The position numbers and the translations under genes are program-made. This document shows positions 48,990-61,617 of a DNA stretch of 64,000 bases, one piece after another. The notes beneath the pieces were generated by a model. It searched no databases. It saw only the letters and a program-made list of their open reading frames with translations, and was not told the origin of the DNA. Source of the DNA: Centroscyllium fabricii (Eukaryota); assembly GCA_051313645.2 (NCBI GenBank), contig JBNRSN020000002.1, positions 562,898,001 to 562,962,000 of the forward strand, in the 5' to 3' direction. The stretch's first letter is position 1. Each line of letters begins with the position of its first letter.

Positions 48990-50490
48990 CAGCCAGTGGC
49001 TCAGTGGGCAGCACCCTCGCCTCGGAGTCAGAAGGTTGTGGGTTCGAGTCCCACCCCGGAGACTGGAGCACAAAAATCTAGGCTGACGCTCCAGTGCAGT
49101 GCTGAGGGAGTGCTGCACTGTCAGAGGTGCCGTCTTTCGGATGAGACATTAAACCGAGACCCCGTCTGCCCTCTCAGGTGGACGTAAAAGATCCCATAGC
49201 CACTATTTCTAAGAGGAGCATGGCAGTTATCCCCGGTGTCCTGGCGCCAATATTTATCCCTCAATCAATTGCTTTTTAATCTGTTCCATTTCCTGCTTTT
49301 TTCCCAGTTCTGACGAAGGGTCTTTGACCTGAAACATAGAAACATTGAAGATAGGAGCAGGAGTAGGCCATTCGACCCTTCGAGCCTGCTCCGCCATTCA
49401 ATGAGATCATGGCTGATCATCCAAACCCAGCACCCTGTCCCTGCCTTCTCCACACATCCCTATCGAGCCTGCACCGACACATATCCCACCCTATCCCCGT
49501 AACCCCACATATTCAATCTCCCTAACACTAAGGGTCAATTTATCATGGCCAATCAACCTAACCCGCACATCTTTGGACTATGGGAGGAAACCGGAGCACC
49601 CGGAGGAAACCCACACAGACACGGGGAGAATGTGCAAACTCCACAGAGACAGTCACCCGAGGCTGGATTTGAACCCGGGTCTGCTAGAAACATAGAAACT
49701 AGGAGCAGGAGTAGGCCATTCGGCCCTTCAAGCCTGCTCCGCCATTCAATGAGATCATGGCTGATCTTTGGCTGAGATCATGGCTGATCTTTCAAGTTCA
49801 GTACCCCGTCCCCGCCTTCTCTCCGTAACCCTTAATCCCTTTAGCCTGAAGAAATATATCCAATTCCCTCTTAAATATATTTAATGAACTGGCCTCCACT
49901 GCCCTCTGTAGCAAGGAATTCCACAGGCTCACCACTCTCTGGGTGAAGAAATTCTTCCTCGTATCTGTCCTAAATGGTTTACCCCTTATCCTTAGACTGT
50001 GGCCCCTGGTTCTGGACTCCCCCGACCATCGGGAACATTCTTTCTGAATCTAACCTGTCCAGGCCTGTCAGAATTTTATATGTTTCGATGAGATCCCCTC
50101 TCAATCTTCTAAACTCCAGCGAGTACAAGCCCAAACTACACAATCTCTCCTCGTAGGTCATTCCTGCCATTCCAGGTATCATCCTGGTGAATCGTTAACT
50201 CTTATTTCTCTCTCCGCCGATGCTGCCTGGCCTGCTGAGTTTTTCCAGCGTTTTCTGTTGTTATTTTGGATTTCCAGCATCCGCAGTATTTTACTATCCT
50301 AACAAAACACAAAATTATTTGGTCATTATCACATTGCTGTTAGTGGGAGCTTGCTGTGCGCAAATTGGCTGCCGCGTTTCCCACATTACAACAGTGACTA
50401 CACTTCAAAAAGTACTTCATTGACTGTAAAGCGCTTTGGGACGTCCGGTGGTCATGAAAGGCGCTATAGGAATGCAAGTCTGTCTTCTTT
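48990..50490 (+). mobile_element. Deu-domain SINE split by a PLE fragment, itself split by an HE1 SINE and CR1
   Basis: SINE 48990-49268 resumes at about 50300; PLE 49270-49335 resumes at 50193. Confidence 0.7.
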
Positions 50491-50893
50491 TCAGCGGTAT
50501 TCCTTTGTTTCCAGTTATCTCTTCCTTACCTTTCGATTGGCCTGTTTCTGATTTTTCTCCCCTTCCTGTTTTTTTTTTTAGGCCTACTGGCAGTAGGGTT
50601 GAGCGTATTCTGGCGGTTTTGTCACGTGATCCTCCGGAGTGGTTCTTGGCGCCGCCCCCCCCTCAGAGGCGAGAACGCGACCCCGCTGCTCCGTGGCTGA
50701 CACTCCCGTACTCCGGATACGGGAGAATCCGGATATCATAACTGGGTTGGCCGGTACCTTGAATGGTCACTGTAACCATCGGATTATTACAAGCATGTCA
50801 CGCTGCCTGCTACACTGCTGGACAGTGCAGCACATTACCGACTGTCTGCTTTTCAAACAGCCAACTAATCAGCAGCTTAGCCCCTCCCCTTCA

Positions 50894-52440
50894 ACAACAA
50901 TAACTTGTATTTATATAGCGCCTTTAACCTAGTAAAATGTCCCAATGCGCTGCACAGCAGTGTTACAAGACAAAAAATTTGACACCGAGCCACGGAAGGA
51001 GAAATTAGGGCAGGTGACCAAAACCTTGGTCAAAGAGGTCGGTTTTAATGAGCGTCTTAAAGGAGGAAAGAGAGGTACCTATTAAGTCCGCGCTATCTAG
51101 GATTAATAACGACAGACTCGACGTTGAAGGTACAACTCCAGGTGATGTTTACTGGTCATAGTAAAATCTGGAACTAGCTTGTAGCGCTCCTCGCGCTTAC
51201 ATATGTACATGAGTGGTGAACCGCAGTACTGCAGTGTACTGACGCCGCACAAAGTAGTGCCCAATGGTATTCAAGCATTTCACAATGTTAAGGATCGTAT
51301 AGAGACTTTTAGAATCCTGACTGGTTTAGACAAGTTAGATGCGGGCAGAATGTTTCCAATGTTCGGGAAGATTAGAACCAGGGGTCACAGTCTAAGGATA
51401 AAGGGGAGGCCATTTAAGACTGAGATGAGGAGGAACTTCTTCACCCAGAGAGTGGTGAATCTGTGGAATTCTCTGCCACAGAAGGTTGTTGAGGCCAGTT
51501 CGCTAAATATATTCAAAAGGGAGTTAGATGTAATACTCACAACTAGGGGGATCAAGGGGTATGGCGAGAAAGCAGGAATGGGGTACTGAGGTAGCATGTT
51601 CAGCCATGAACGCATTAAATGGTGGTGCAGGCTCGAAGGACCGAATGGTCTACTCCTGCACCTATTTTCTATGTTTCTAGACACCACAGTAACGAGGCAG
51701 AGAGGTTTAGGGAGGGAATTCTAGAGCTTGGGGCCCAGGCAACAGAAGGCACGGCCACCAAAGGTTGAGCGATTATAATCAGGGATGCTCAAGAGGGCAG
51801 AATTAGAGGAGCGCAGATATCTCAGGGGGGTGGGGCTGAAGGAGATTACAGAGATAGGGAGAGGTGAGGCCGTGGAGGGATTTGAAAACAAGGATGAGAA
51901 TTTCGAAATCGCAGCGTTGCTTAACCGGGAGCCAATGTAGGTGAGCGAGCACAGGGGGTGATGGGCGAACAGGACTTGGTGCGAGTTTTGGATGACCTCA
52001 AGTTTACGTAGGGTGAAATCATAGAATCCCTACAGTGCAGATAGAGGCCATTTCGGCCCATCGAGCCTGCACCGACACATATCCCACCCTATCCCCATAA
52101 CCCCACATATTCAATCCCCCTAACACTAAGGGTCAATTTATCATGGCCAATCAACCTAACCCGCACATCTTTGGACTGTGGGAGGAAACCGGAGCACCCG
52201 GAGGAAAACCACGCAGACACGGGGAGAATGTGCAAACTCCACACAGATAGTCACCCGAGGCTGGATTTGAACCCGTACCCCTGGCGCTGTGAGGCAACAG
52301 TGCTAACCACTATGCCACCGTGCCGCCCTGGGAGGCCAGCCAGGAGTGCGTTGGAATAGTCAAGTCTAGAGGTGACAAAGGCATGGAGGACGGTTCCAGC
52401 GGCGGATGAGCTGAGGGAAGGGCAGTCCTGACGTGCAGAT
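50894..52440 (-). mobile_element. L2 LINE fragment with nested LTR-like segment, CR1 (51293-51680 +) and V-SINE (52016-52328)
   Basis: LHAFVTSRLDYSNALLAGL at 52330-52390 and L2 tail at about 50894-50925. Confidence 0.7.
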
Positions 52441-52457
52441 TTCCAGCAGCCACAATA

Positions 52458-53175
52458 CAGGTTGAACTTCGTTGATCCGGCACCCGAAAAACCGGCAGCT
52501 TCAGACGTCCGGCGCAGATTTCCCCGAGTGGTCGGCGCACGCGCAGTGGTGCTCCTCACCGTCCGCAATCCCCGACTGGCCTGCACATGCGCAGCGGCGC
52601 TCTTCAACGCTTCCTGCACTTTACAAAAAAAAAACATACCTGACATGAAGCTCGGGCCCCGTGAAGTGTTGGACCGGGCTCCCTCCCGGGGCCTTTCCCG
52701 AATGCGCACTGGTCCCGACGGCGTGGCTTCAGCAGCACCCGAACTTCCGGGGTGTGTCCCGATGGCGTGGCTGCAACTGCACCCGACCTTCTGGGGCGTG
52801 TCCACAACCATGCCTGACCTTCTGGGGCGTGTCCCCATCGAGTGCTCCAATCCGCTGAGGCCTCACAGACTGCTTTACCGGCGAGCTGCAGAGCTTCATC
52901 TCGCAGAGTGTTCCCCTCCCCCATCCCGGTACTCTGCTCTGTTCCACCCGCGAGCCGCGGGGAGTTGTACTGCTCCACCCGGAAATCGCTCTGTGCTCTG
53001 CCTTCACCCGCACGCTGCAGCCACCTGCACTGGTCTGCGCGTGCTGCAGCCGTTTCGAATGTTCTGCGCCTGCGCACGGCCATTTTGAATGGTCCGCGCA
53101 TGCGCTCGGGACAGCTTTATTCGTTCGGGTTTTTCAGTATTCCGGCATGGGCCCGGATCAACGAACTTCAACCTG
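52458..53175. mobile_element. Tigger/pogo-like MITE
   Basis: TA|CAGGTTGAACTTCGTTGATCCGG ... CCGGATCAACGAACTTCAACCTG|TA; relative of 8643-9068 with an extra internal segment. Confidence 0.8.
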
Positions 53176-53349
53176 TATATAGAATGACATGCAATTTACC
53201 GCATAGAAACAGGTAATTCGGCCCAACTGGTCCGTGCCAGTGTTTATGCTCCACAGGACCCTCCTCCTGCCTTACGTCATCTACCTCCATCAACACAACC
53301 TTCTATTCCTTTCTCCCTCCTGCTTATCTCGCTTCTTCTTAAATGTATT

Positions 53350-53783
53350 CCTTAAACAGTTTTGGTTTCCATATTTAAGAAAAGATATACTTGCTCTCGA
53401 GGCAGTTCAGAGAAGATTCACTCGGTTGATTCCGGGGATGAGGGGGTTGACTTTTGAGGAAAGGTTGAGTAGGTTGGGCCTCTACTCATTGCAATTCAGA
53501 AGAATGAGAGGCGATCTTATCGAAACATCTAAGATTGTGAGGGGGCTTGATCGGGTGGATGCGAGACTAGAACTAGGGGGCATAATCTGAGAATAAGGGG
53601 CTGCCCTTTCAAAACTGAGATGAGGAGGAACTTCTTCACTCAGAGGGTAATGAATCTATGGAATTTGCTGCCTCAGTGAGCTGTGGAAGCTGTGACACTA
53701 AATCAATTTCAAACGGAGATAGACCGTTTCCTAGCTGATAAGGGAATAAGGGGTTACGGGGAGCGGGCAGGGAAGTGGACGTG
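53350..53783 (+). mobile_element. CR1 LINE fragment
   Basis: QFWFPYLRKDILALEAVQRRFTRLIPGMRGLTFEERL. Confidence 0.85.
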
Positions 53784-53992
53784 AGTTACTGAGTGATACG
53801 AAATTAAATGTGGATCACAACTCTCTGAGCTAATTAACTCGGGGGTGGGGGGTCCTGCATAGAATTTACAGCACAGAATCAGGCCATTCAGCCCTGGGGA
53901 CGACACGGTGGCACAGTGGTTAGCACTGCTGCCTCGCAATAAAGAGCTCCTGGGTTTGAATCCTGCTTGGCCCAGGAGCTTTCTGCATGGAC

Positions 53993-55715
53993 TTCAATTC
54001 AATTCAATTCAATTCAATTCAATTCAAGTTTTATTGTCATTGCAGAGTACTAGTACAATACAACGAGACGAAGACTCGACTCTCCCGAGAGTAGTGCAAA
54101 TAAATTACGTGCAAATTGCATACAGTAAAGTACATTATCAGGCGTGCAGGTACCGGAGTTTCTTTTTAGAGTTCAGGAGGCCGACAGCCCTGGGGAAGAA
54201 GCTGTTCTGAAATCTAGTCGTGCGGGTGCGAATTGCTCTGTAGCGTCTCCCGGAGGGCAAGGGGGCGAACAGACTGTGGCTGGGGTGTGTGGGGTCTTTA
54301 ATAATGTTCAGAGACCTCCGTAAGCAGCGTTTGAGGTAGATGCTTTCCATTGACGGTAGCTCTGTACCGGTAATTCGTTGGGCAGTTTTGACTACCCGCT
54401 GCAGGGTTTTCCGGTCCGAGATAGTGCAATTTCCATACCAGACAGTGATGCACCTTGTCAGTATGCTTTCCAACTTCTACCGCTGCACAATAGAGAGGAT
54501 GCCGGATGACAGCCTGGCTTTCTTCAGCTTCCTTAGGAAGTACAGGCGCTGTTGGGCCGTCTTAACCAGAGAGGAGGTGTTTAGTGACCAGGAGAGATCT
54601 TCCGAGATGTGGACCCCAAGGAACTTGAAGCTGGACACCCTTTCCACCTCAGCCCCTTGGATGAAGATGGGGGTGTGTCTTCTGCTTCCAGTCCTCCGGA
54701 AGTCCACTATGATCTCCTTGGTTTTCTTGGTGTTCAGTGCCAGGTTGTTGTCGGCACACCAACCCACAAGGCGCTGGATCTCATCCCTGTAGGCTGACTC
54801 GTCGTTGTTGGTGATCTGGCCAACCACCGTGGTGTCATCCGCGAACTTGATGTTCGTGTTGGAGCCATGGACAGCCGCACAGTCGTGAGTGAAGAGGGAG
54901 TAGAGGAGGGGGCTCAGCACACAACCTTGTGGGGCCCCCGTGTTCAGGGTAAGGCGGGGGGAGGTGAGGTTGCCTAACTTCACAGACTGTGGTCTGTTGG
55001 TTAGGAAGTCCAGGGTCCAGTTGCAGAGGGAGGTGTTCAGGCCGAGGGTGAGGAGTTTGGTAGACAATTTGCTGGGGACGATGGTGTTGAATGCTGAGCT
55101 GTAGTCAATAAACAGCATTCTGATATATGTATCTTTGCTATCCAGGTGGTTTAGTGCAGAGTGAAGAGCCGTAGTGATAGCATCTTCTGTAGATCTGTTC
55201 CCACGGTAGGCGAACTGGTATTGGTCCAGGGCGGCGGGGATGCTGGCTTTGATGTGGGCCAGGACCAGCCGCTCGAAACACTTCATGATAATGGGTGTAA
55301 GTGCAACAGGGCGGTAGTCGTTCAGGCACGTCACGGCCGTTTTCTTGGGCACAGGGATGATGGTGGCGGTCTTGAAGCAGGTAGGGACAGCTGCCTTCTC
55401 CAGTGACAGGTTGAAGATGTCAGTGAAGACTTCAGCCAGTTGGTCGGCACATTCTTTGAGTGCCCGGCCGGGGATGCCATCAGGACCCGTGGCCTTCCGT
55501 GCGTTCACTCTACGTAGAGCACCTCTAACGTCGGAGCAGGACAGTGTTAATGGCTGGTCTTCCGGGGATTGCAGGACTTTGGTGGCTGGCTCCTTGTTGT
55601 CCCTGTCGAAGCGAGCGTAGAAGTTGTTGAGTTCCTCCGGTAGGGAGGCATCGCCGGTCGGGGGGCTGGTGTTTCTGCACTTGTAGTCCGTGATGGACTG
55701 TATGCCTTGCCACAT
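53993..55715 (-). mobile_element. Rex1/Babar LINE, 5' truncated, RT frame nearly intact, inserted in a V-SINE
   Basis: [64 protein letters not shown]; (TTGAA)n tail at 53993-54026. Confidence 0.92.
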
Positions 55716-55813
55716 GTTTGCATGTTCTTCCCGTGTTCGTGTGGGTTTCCTCCAGGTACTCCGGTTTCCTCCCACCACCCAAAGACATGCAGGTTAGGTG
55801 AATTGGAGATATT

Positions 55814-56565
55814 GGCCCAGAAATTGTAGTGGAGCCTTTCATGCGGGTGCAGAGCTGCTTAACGCACTTTAATTGCCCATATTCACTTTTGATTTTTTGC
55901 ACAGAGAAATTCCCATTACCCCTGCCTGTCAGAGCTCCGTGTGAGTTCTGAAGGGCGTAATTAGTGCGAAGTGGCGTTTGAGACCAGCTGATTGGCAGTG
56001 AGCCAATCAGTGGAAGGAATTCTCCGTTCAAAACTTCCACAGAGAAATCTGTGCGATTTTTGAATGGAGAGATTCTCAAAAGACATCTAAACACAAAAGT
56101 AAAATTTTACAAACACCACATTTTTTAAACATTACCCCAACTAACAAAAATAACCTATTTTAAAGAAAAAATAAAAATTTGCAGAATTTTTTTTAAACTT
56201 CCAACAGGTCTAAAAAAATAATTACCTGTTTTTAAAGTTATCAACAATTAAAAACCTGAAAAAACAACAATTAAAATCAATAAAATATATACTTACCAGA
56301 TAAAAACAGGTGTTAACGACTGCTTTTTTTCCAGCGTTGATTTCTCTTCTCTTGGTCCGCTGAAAAATGTTAAAAAAACATCGGGATGTCTGGGCGGTCC
56401 TGTAGCGCGATGCTCCCTGCGATGGACCTCGCAGGGAGCACTGACCCCGCCGCTGGGCGGCACAGGAAGTCCTGAAGCGTGCGCACCGGCTCCTTCCTGC
56501 GGGTTTAAGCTCTGGTGCACTCGCAGAGCTCAAACCCGATATGCGATAACGGGAATTTCTGGGCC
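55814..56565. mobile_element. Harbinger-like MITE (AT-rich core family)
   Basis: GGCCCAGAAATT / AATTTCTGGGCC perfect TIR with 3-bp TSD ATT. Confidence 0.8.
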
Positions 56566-56790
56566 ATTAAAAAATAAATTGCCCGTGAGTGTGTGTGTGG
56601 GGGATCTAGTTCTTCGAGTTGGGGGTGTCGGGGGATATGGGGAGAGGGTAGGAGGGGGGTGCTGGGTTTGGATGATCAGCCATGATCTCATCAAAATGGC
56701 GGAGCAGGCTCGAAGGGCCGAATGACCTACTCCTGCTCCTATCTTCTGTGTGTTTCTGTGTGTCGACGTTTCTGCTCCCTGCCATGCGTT

Positions 56791-57091
56791 TGTAGGAGTC
56801 GGCAGACTTCCTACTCGCGTTTCGGAGTAAAAAGACGCGGGGTGCAGGAACACAAGTTAAACACGTCTTTATCACATTGTGCAGCAGTACAAACTGTTCG
56901 AAAACGCCCGCGAATCCGCAAAGCACTCTGGGGCGCATGAGTCGACCTGAGTGGCAGTTCCTTAGGCCACTGAGGGACTGAGGCTGGCGAACCGGTTGTC
57001 CAATCGGACTGCGTGGGCGGGACCGACCGTTGCATGGGGATTATGCCTGAGAGGGGGAGCCCCGGTGGCTCTCCTGGGAAGCGCCGCTACA
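56791..57091. mobile_element. Solo LTR
   Basis: TGTAG...CTACA termini, 4-bp TSD CGTT. Confidence 0.7.
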
Positions 57092-57774
57092 CGTTTAACC
57101 TTGAAACAGAGAGTGGTTAGACTGTGGAACTTGCTACCACAAGGAGTGGTTGAGGCGACTAGCATAGATGCATTTCAGGGGAAGCTTGATAAACACATGA
57201 GGGAGAAAGAATATGTCGATGGGGTGATATGAGGAAGGGTGGGAGGAGGTGCGTGTGGAGCGTAAACTCCGGCAGGGACCTGGTGGGCCGACTGGCCTTG
57301 TTTCTGTGCTGTGTGTTCGATGTAATAAATATTACTTTTATGTCGACTCTATTTTGTTGCCTGAAATAATTCCGTAAAAGGATGCTGCATCTGCACGTAT
57401 AACGCCGGTTACTCCCAGAAGCTGGACAGCAGCCGCCGAAACGGTTTCAACTTTGCGCCTCTGATGGTGGGTCAGCAAGGTGCGAGGAGGACACAGAGGT
57501 CAATTTTCCTGAAGGTGTGGGAAATGGGTGGGTTCCCCGCTGATCACTTTATCTTCCCGCTTTCTGAAGGGTGTGGAAGCTCCACGCAAATTTGGCTCAA
57601 TTGGCCAATTAAATCCCCGAGTGTGGGAAGACCCTGCCAATTGATTGATTTTACATAGAAAGCGGGCGGGCTTTGCATTGTGTCAGCAGCAGAGCCGATG
57701 ATGGGCAGCTCTTAAGTGCCCTGGTGTTTTTCTTTGTGTGGTTTCAGGGCATTATGATGTCATAATCAAATCTT

Positions 57775-58952
57775 CTTCTTCTTCGTGTCCATATACAAAG
57801 CTATTCAGCTTATATAACGTCCAACCAGTGCTTGGTACATTGCTGTCCCTTGATGTTGTAGAGTGCTAGGTCCTTTGCTGTGCAGGGTCCACCTAACAGA
57901 GGACATCGAAGGAGGTGCTCCATGGTCTGGGGTTCTGTGCCACAGTCACATGTGGTTGGGCCACTAAGATAACCCCATCTGCTTAGGGCTTCCCTGGAAC
58001 GGCCAACACCTGAGCGGAGTCGGTTCAAGCATTTCCATTTTGCCCAGCTGTTATCTCCTGGTGGGAGGGTTTCGGCAGGGGGGATGAGCATAGTCGAGCT
58101 GTGTGGGTGTTTGGACAGCTTTTCCTTCCACATTTTAAGGCGGGCTTCAGATGGTGTTGTCTCCAGTGGAGCAGTGCTGGTCAGGAAACTTCTCCGTGAT
58201 TTTAGTCGGCTGGGGGCAGGTACATGGCCATGTAGGGGGTGCCTCTCATCTGTGGTTTGCCTGCGCCGCTCTGTCCTGCTGGCTACCGCTCTTCTGATGT
58301 CTGGAGGGGCGATACCTGCCAGGATGTACAGGTCGTTGGTGTTAGTGGGCTTCAGGCACCCAGTGATACATCTGCAGCTCTCGTTAAGAGCGGGGTCCAG
58401 TTTTTTAGCATGGGTGGATCTTTCCCACGCTGGGCTGGCATATTCTGCAGTAGAGAAGCTGAGGGCAAGGGCTGTGGCACGTAGTGTCTTGGGACATGCA
58501 CCCCATCTGGTGTTGGCGAGTTTGCGCAGGATGTTGTTGCGGGTGCTCACTTTTGCCTTTGTCTTCATGATGTGGGTTTTGAATGTAAGGCATCTGTCGA
58601 GTGTGACTCCGAGGTAGACAGGGTGCTCAGAGTGTGACAGTGGTATTCCACACCAAGACACATTCAGTTGGCGCTTAGCTTCCTTGTTTCTCAGGTGAAA
58701 AGCGCATACTTGTGTTTTTGCTGGGTTGGCACGTAGATGGTTCTCTTCATAGTAGGTTGTTAATCCTGAGAGGGCGTCGTTGAGCGTTTCCTCAATACTA
58801 ATGAAGTCTGTTCCTTGGGCGGTGATGCACAGGTCATCTGCATATGCAAAACGACGGGTGACATCATCTCTGGGTTGGTCGTTTGTATAGATGTTGTACT
58901 GAAGTGGGGCAAGCACGCTGCCTTGTGGGAGGCCATTCTTCTGGTTGCGCCA
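57775..58952 (-). mobile_element. Vingi/Ingi-like (I group) non-LTR retrotransposon, 5' truncated, open ORF
   Basis: NGLPQGSVLAP, FAYADDLCI, YLGVTLDR, RKLANTRWGA, C-terminal CDCG..QTMEHLLRC; stop at 57810; (GAA)n tail; TSD ATCAA(A/C)TCTT. Sits inside a Harbinger-like element (about 57495-59570). Confidence 0.75.
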
Positions 58953-59584
58953 TCAACTCTTAAGAGTGACAGCTTTAACTAGGCTGGCTCTGTTTGTGGC
59001 TTCAGAGGAATCTGAGCACAATGTAATGTTAACAGAAACTAACACCCACTGGGTGATTGACATTTGTAAGTGCTTTGCTTCACGGGCATCCTTCTGACAG
59101 CTCCGCAGTGCGTTGTCTCTGAGCCACTGAGACGCAGCTGCTAAGTAAGGTTTGTAAAGGTTTGTGGCCACTGATGTTGGGCACCCTTGGGAGACAGTTA
59201 CACCTCCAGCATGTTGGAGGCCAGCAAGCCATTCTGCAGCTGCTGTTTCCCATGCCTCGAAGTTGGCAGTCACCAAGCCGATTGTGTGACTGCCAGCTTT
59301 CAACGGCGGTGCTCCCACCAGGCGGTTTCGGCGTGGGAAGAAACTCAAAATGGCAATGGGCCCTTAAAATGGCATTACCGATGCCAATTAAGGGCCCCTA
59401 ACGAGCCTAACGACCATCCCCGCCGATGCCGGGCAGGACTGAGGCGGGCCGATCGGACCCGCCGGGTGAAATTGACAAGCGGGCAGGAAGGCGGCGGGAG
59501 GAGTCGCGGACCCCCGTGTTAGCGATTTTCCCCTCCCCTCCCGCTCAAAAATCCGCCTGGCGGCTCCAGCAAGGTGGACCCCAA

Positions 59585-60467
59585 AGAGTCTGCAAAGGGT
59601 CAAAGACAGGTTAAGTGAGTAGGCACAAATTTGGCAGATGGAGTACAATGTGGGAAAATGTGAGGTTATCCACTTTGGAAGGAAGAATGAAAAAGCAAAT
59701 TATTATTTAAATGGAGAGAGATTACAGAATGCTGTGGTACAGAGGGGTCTGATGTTCCTCGTACATGAGGCACAACAGGTTAGCATGCAGGTACAGCAAG
59801 TAATTAGGAAGGCTTCTGGAATGTTGGCCATTATTGCAAAGGGGGATGGAGTATAAAAGTAGGAACGTTTTGATGCAACTGTACAGGGCGCTGATGAGAC
59901 CGCACTTGGAGTACTGCGTACAGTTGTGGTCTCCTTATTTAAGGTAGGATATACTTGCATTGGAGGCAGTACAGAGAAGGTTCACACGGTTGATTCCTGG
60001 GATGAAGGGGTTGACGTATGACGAAAGGTTGAGCACGCTGGGCCTATACTCATTGGAGTTTAGAAGAATGAGAGGTGATCTTATTGAAACACATAAGATT
60101 CTGAGGGGGCTCGACAGGGTGGAGGCTGAGAGGATGTTTCCCGTCGTGGGGAAATCTAGAACTAGGGGGCATAGTTTCAGAATAAGGGGTCGCCCATTTA
60201 AGACAGAGATGAGAAGGAATTTCTTCTCTCAGAGGGTCGTGAATCTTTGGAATTCTCTACCCCAGAGAGCTGTGGAGGCGGAGTCATTGAGTATATTCAA
60301 GGCGGAGATAGACAGATATTTGAACTACAGGGAGTCAAGGGTTCTGGGGAGCGGGCGGGAAAGTGGAGTTGAGGCCAAGCTCAGATCAGCCATGATCTCA
60401 TTGAATGGCAGAGCAGGCTCGAGGGGCCCAATGGCCGACTCCTGCACCTGTTTCTTATGTTCTTATG
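59585..60467 (+). mobile_element. CR1 LINE 3' end
   Basis: WQMEYNVGKCEVIHFGRKN...EAVQRRFTRLIPGMKGL...QRVVNLWNSLP; tail CTTATGTTCTTATG. Confidence 0.9.
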
Positions 60468-60963
60468 ACGCCTGCCTTCACCGCAGTGCTCATCAGCGCT
60501 AATTGTTAGTGTAGCATGATTATGTGACGCCGTTACTTAAAGACAGACGGGAATTGTTAGCTCCTGTTAATCTTTGGTCAACCTAGCGAGAGCAGAGCTC
60601 GTTAGGAATCCCGAGTTTAACCCGCTCCGCAGAAACAGAGCTGGAGAGAATGTCTGGTATTCTGGCGCAGTGTTAATGCAGACTCTGAACACCAGAATTC
60701 CATCTGAGAAGAAAAACTGAAGCTTTACATTCGTGACAACCCCTTCAGAACTTCGGAAAAAGATTCCTACCGGCAGAAAACGAATCATAATAATGGGGAA
60801 GTACGGATGGAAGTGAAGGAATAATCGTTCATCTTCATCGCACCCGATCAGCATTCGTCAGTTTGCATGTCCAGGACTCTCATGTGTTTCATACCTTGCA
60901 TATCAAGAGACATCAATCAATGATTGAGAATTTGCATCGGAGAATTTGTGTCAAAAAAGGGGT

Positions 60964-61617
60964 TGACATGAGTCAGTCATTGATGAAAGAGAGGCTTATG
61001 AAATAATACTGGGCGGCCTATGGGTGGCGCTGTCCAGGGAGAGTATAAATACTCGGGCACGGGCCCAGCTTGCACAGGACATTCTTTAACAGGAACTAGT
61101 GAAGGACACAACTAGACCTCCATGTTGTAAAACAGTTGAGTAAAGCTTTGTTTAACGCTTAGACCAGTGGTCCCCAACCGCCGGTCCGCGGACCGGCACC
61201 GGTCCGCGGGACAATTTTACCGGGCCGCGGAAGGATTTGCGCTTCCTCTTTTAAACAACGCTTTTTTTTGGACCTGGACTGCTTGTTTCCGTCTGTGCCT
61301 CATGTAACGATGCACAGACGGAAGCCGTTTAATGAGGCACAGACGGAAGCGGTGAAAAAAAAGGCGTTCGAGGCACAGACGGAAGCGGTGAAAAAAAAGG
61401 CGTTTTGTTATGCCGCTTGATTGCTTGAACTTGATTCCCCCCCCCACGCACCCCCGCCAGCACCCCCCCCCCCGCCAGCACCCCCTCCCCCGCCAGCACC
61501 CCCCCCCCCCCCCCCGGCCGGGCCGCGAAAAAATTGCGAACCTCAAAATGGGCTGCGGAGCAAAAAAGGTTGGGGACCCCTGGCTTAGACCAAGTGCCTC
61601 GTAGTTTTCTTACGTCA
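60964..61617 (+). mobile_element. Solo LTR interrupted by a hAT MITE
   Basis: Near-identical to 43128-43353; GGGT on both flanks. Confidence 0.8.
61165..61582. mobile_element. hAT (Charlie-like) MITE
   Basis: CAGTGGTCCCCAACC / GGTTGGGGACCCCTG TIRs; perfect 8-bp TSD GCTTAGAC; empty site visible in the 43128 LTR copy. Confidence 0.9.
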
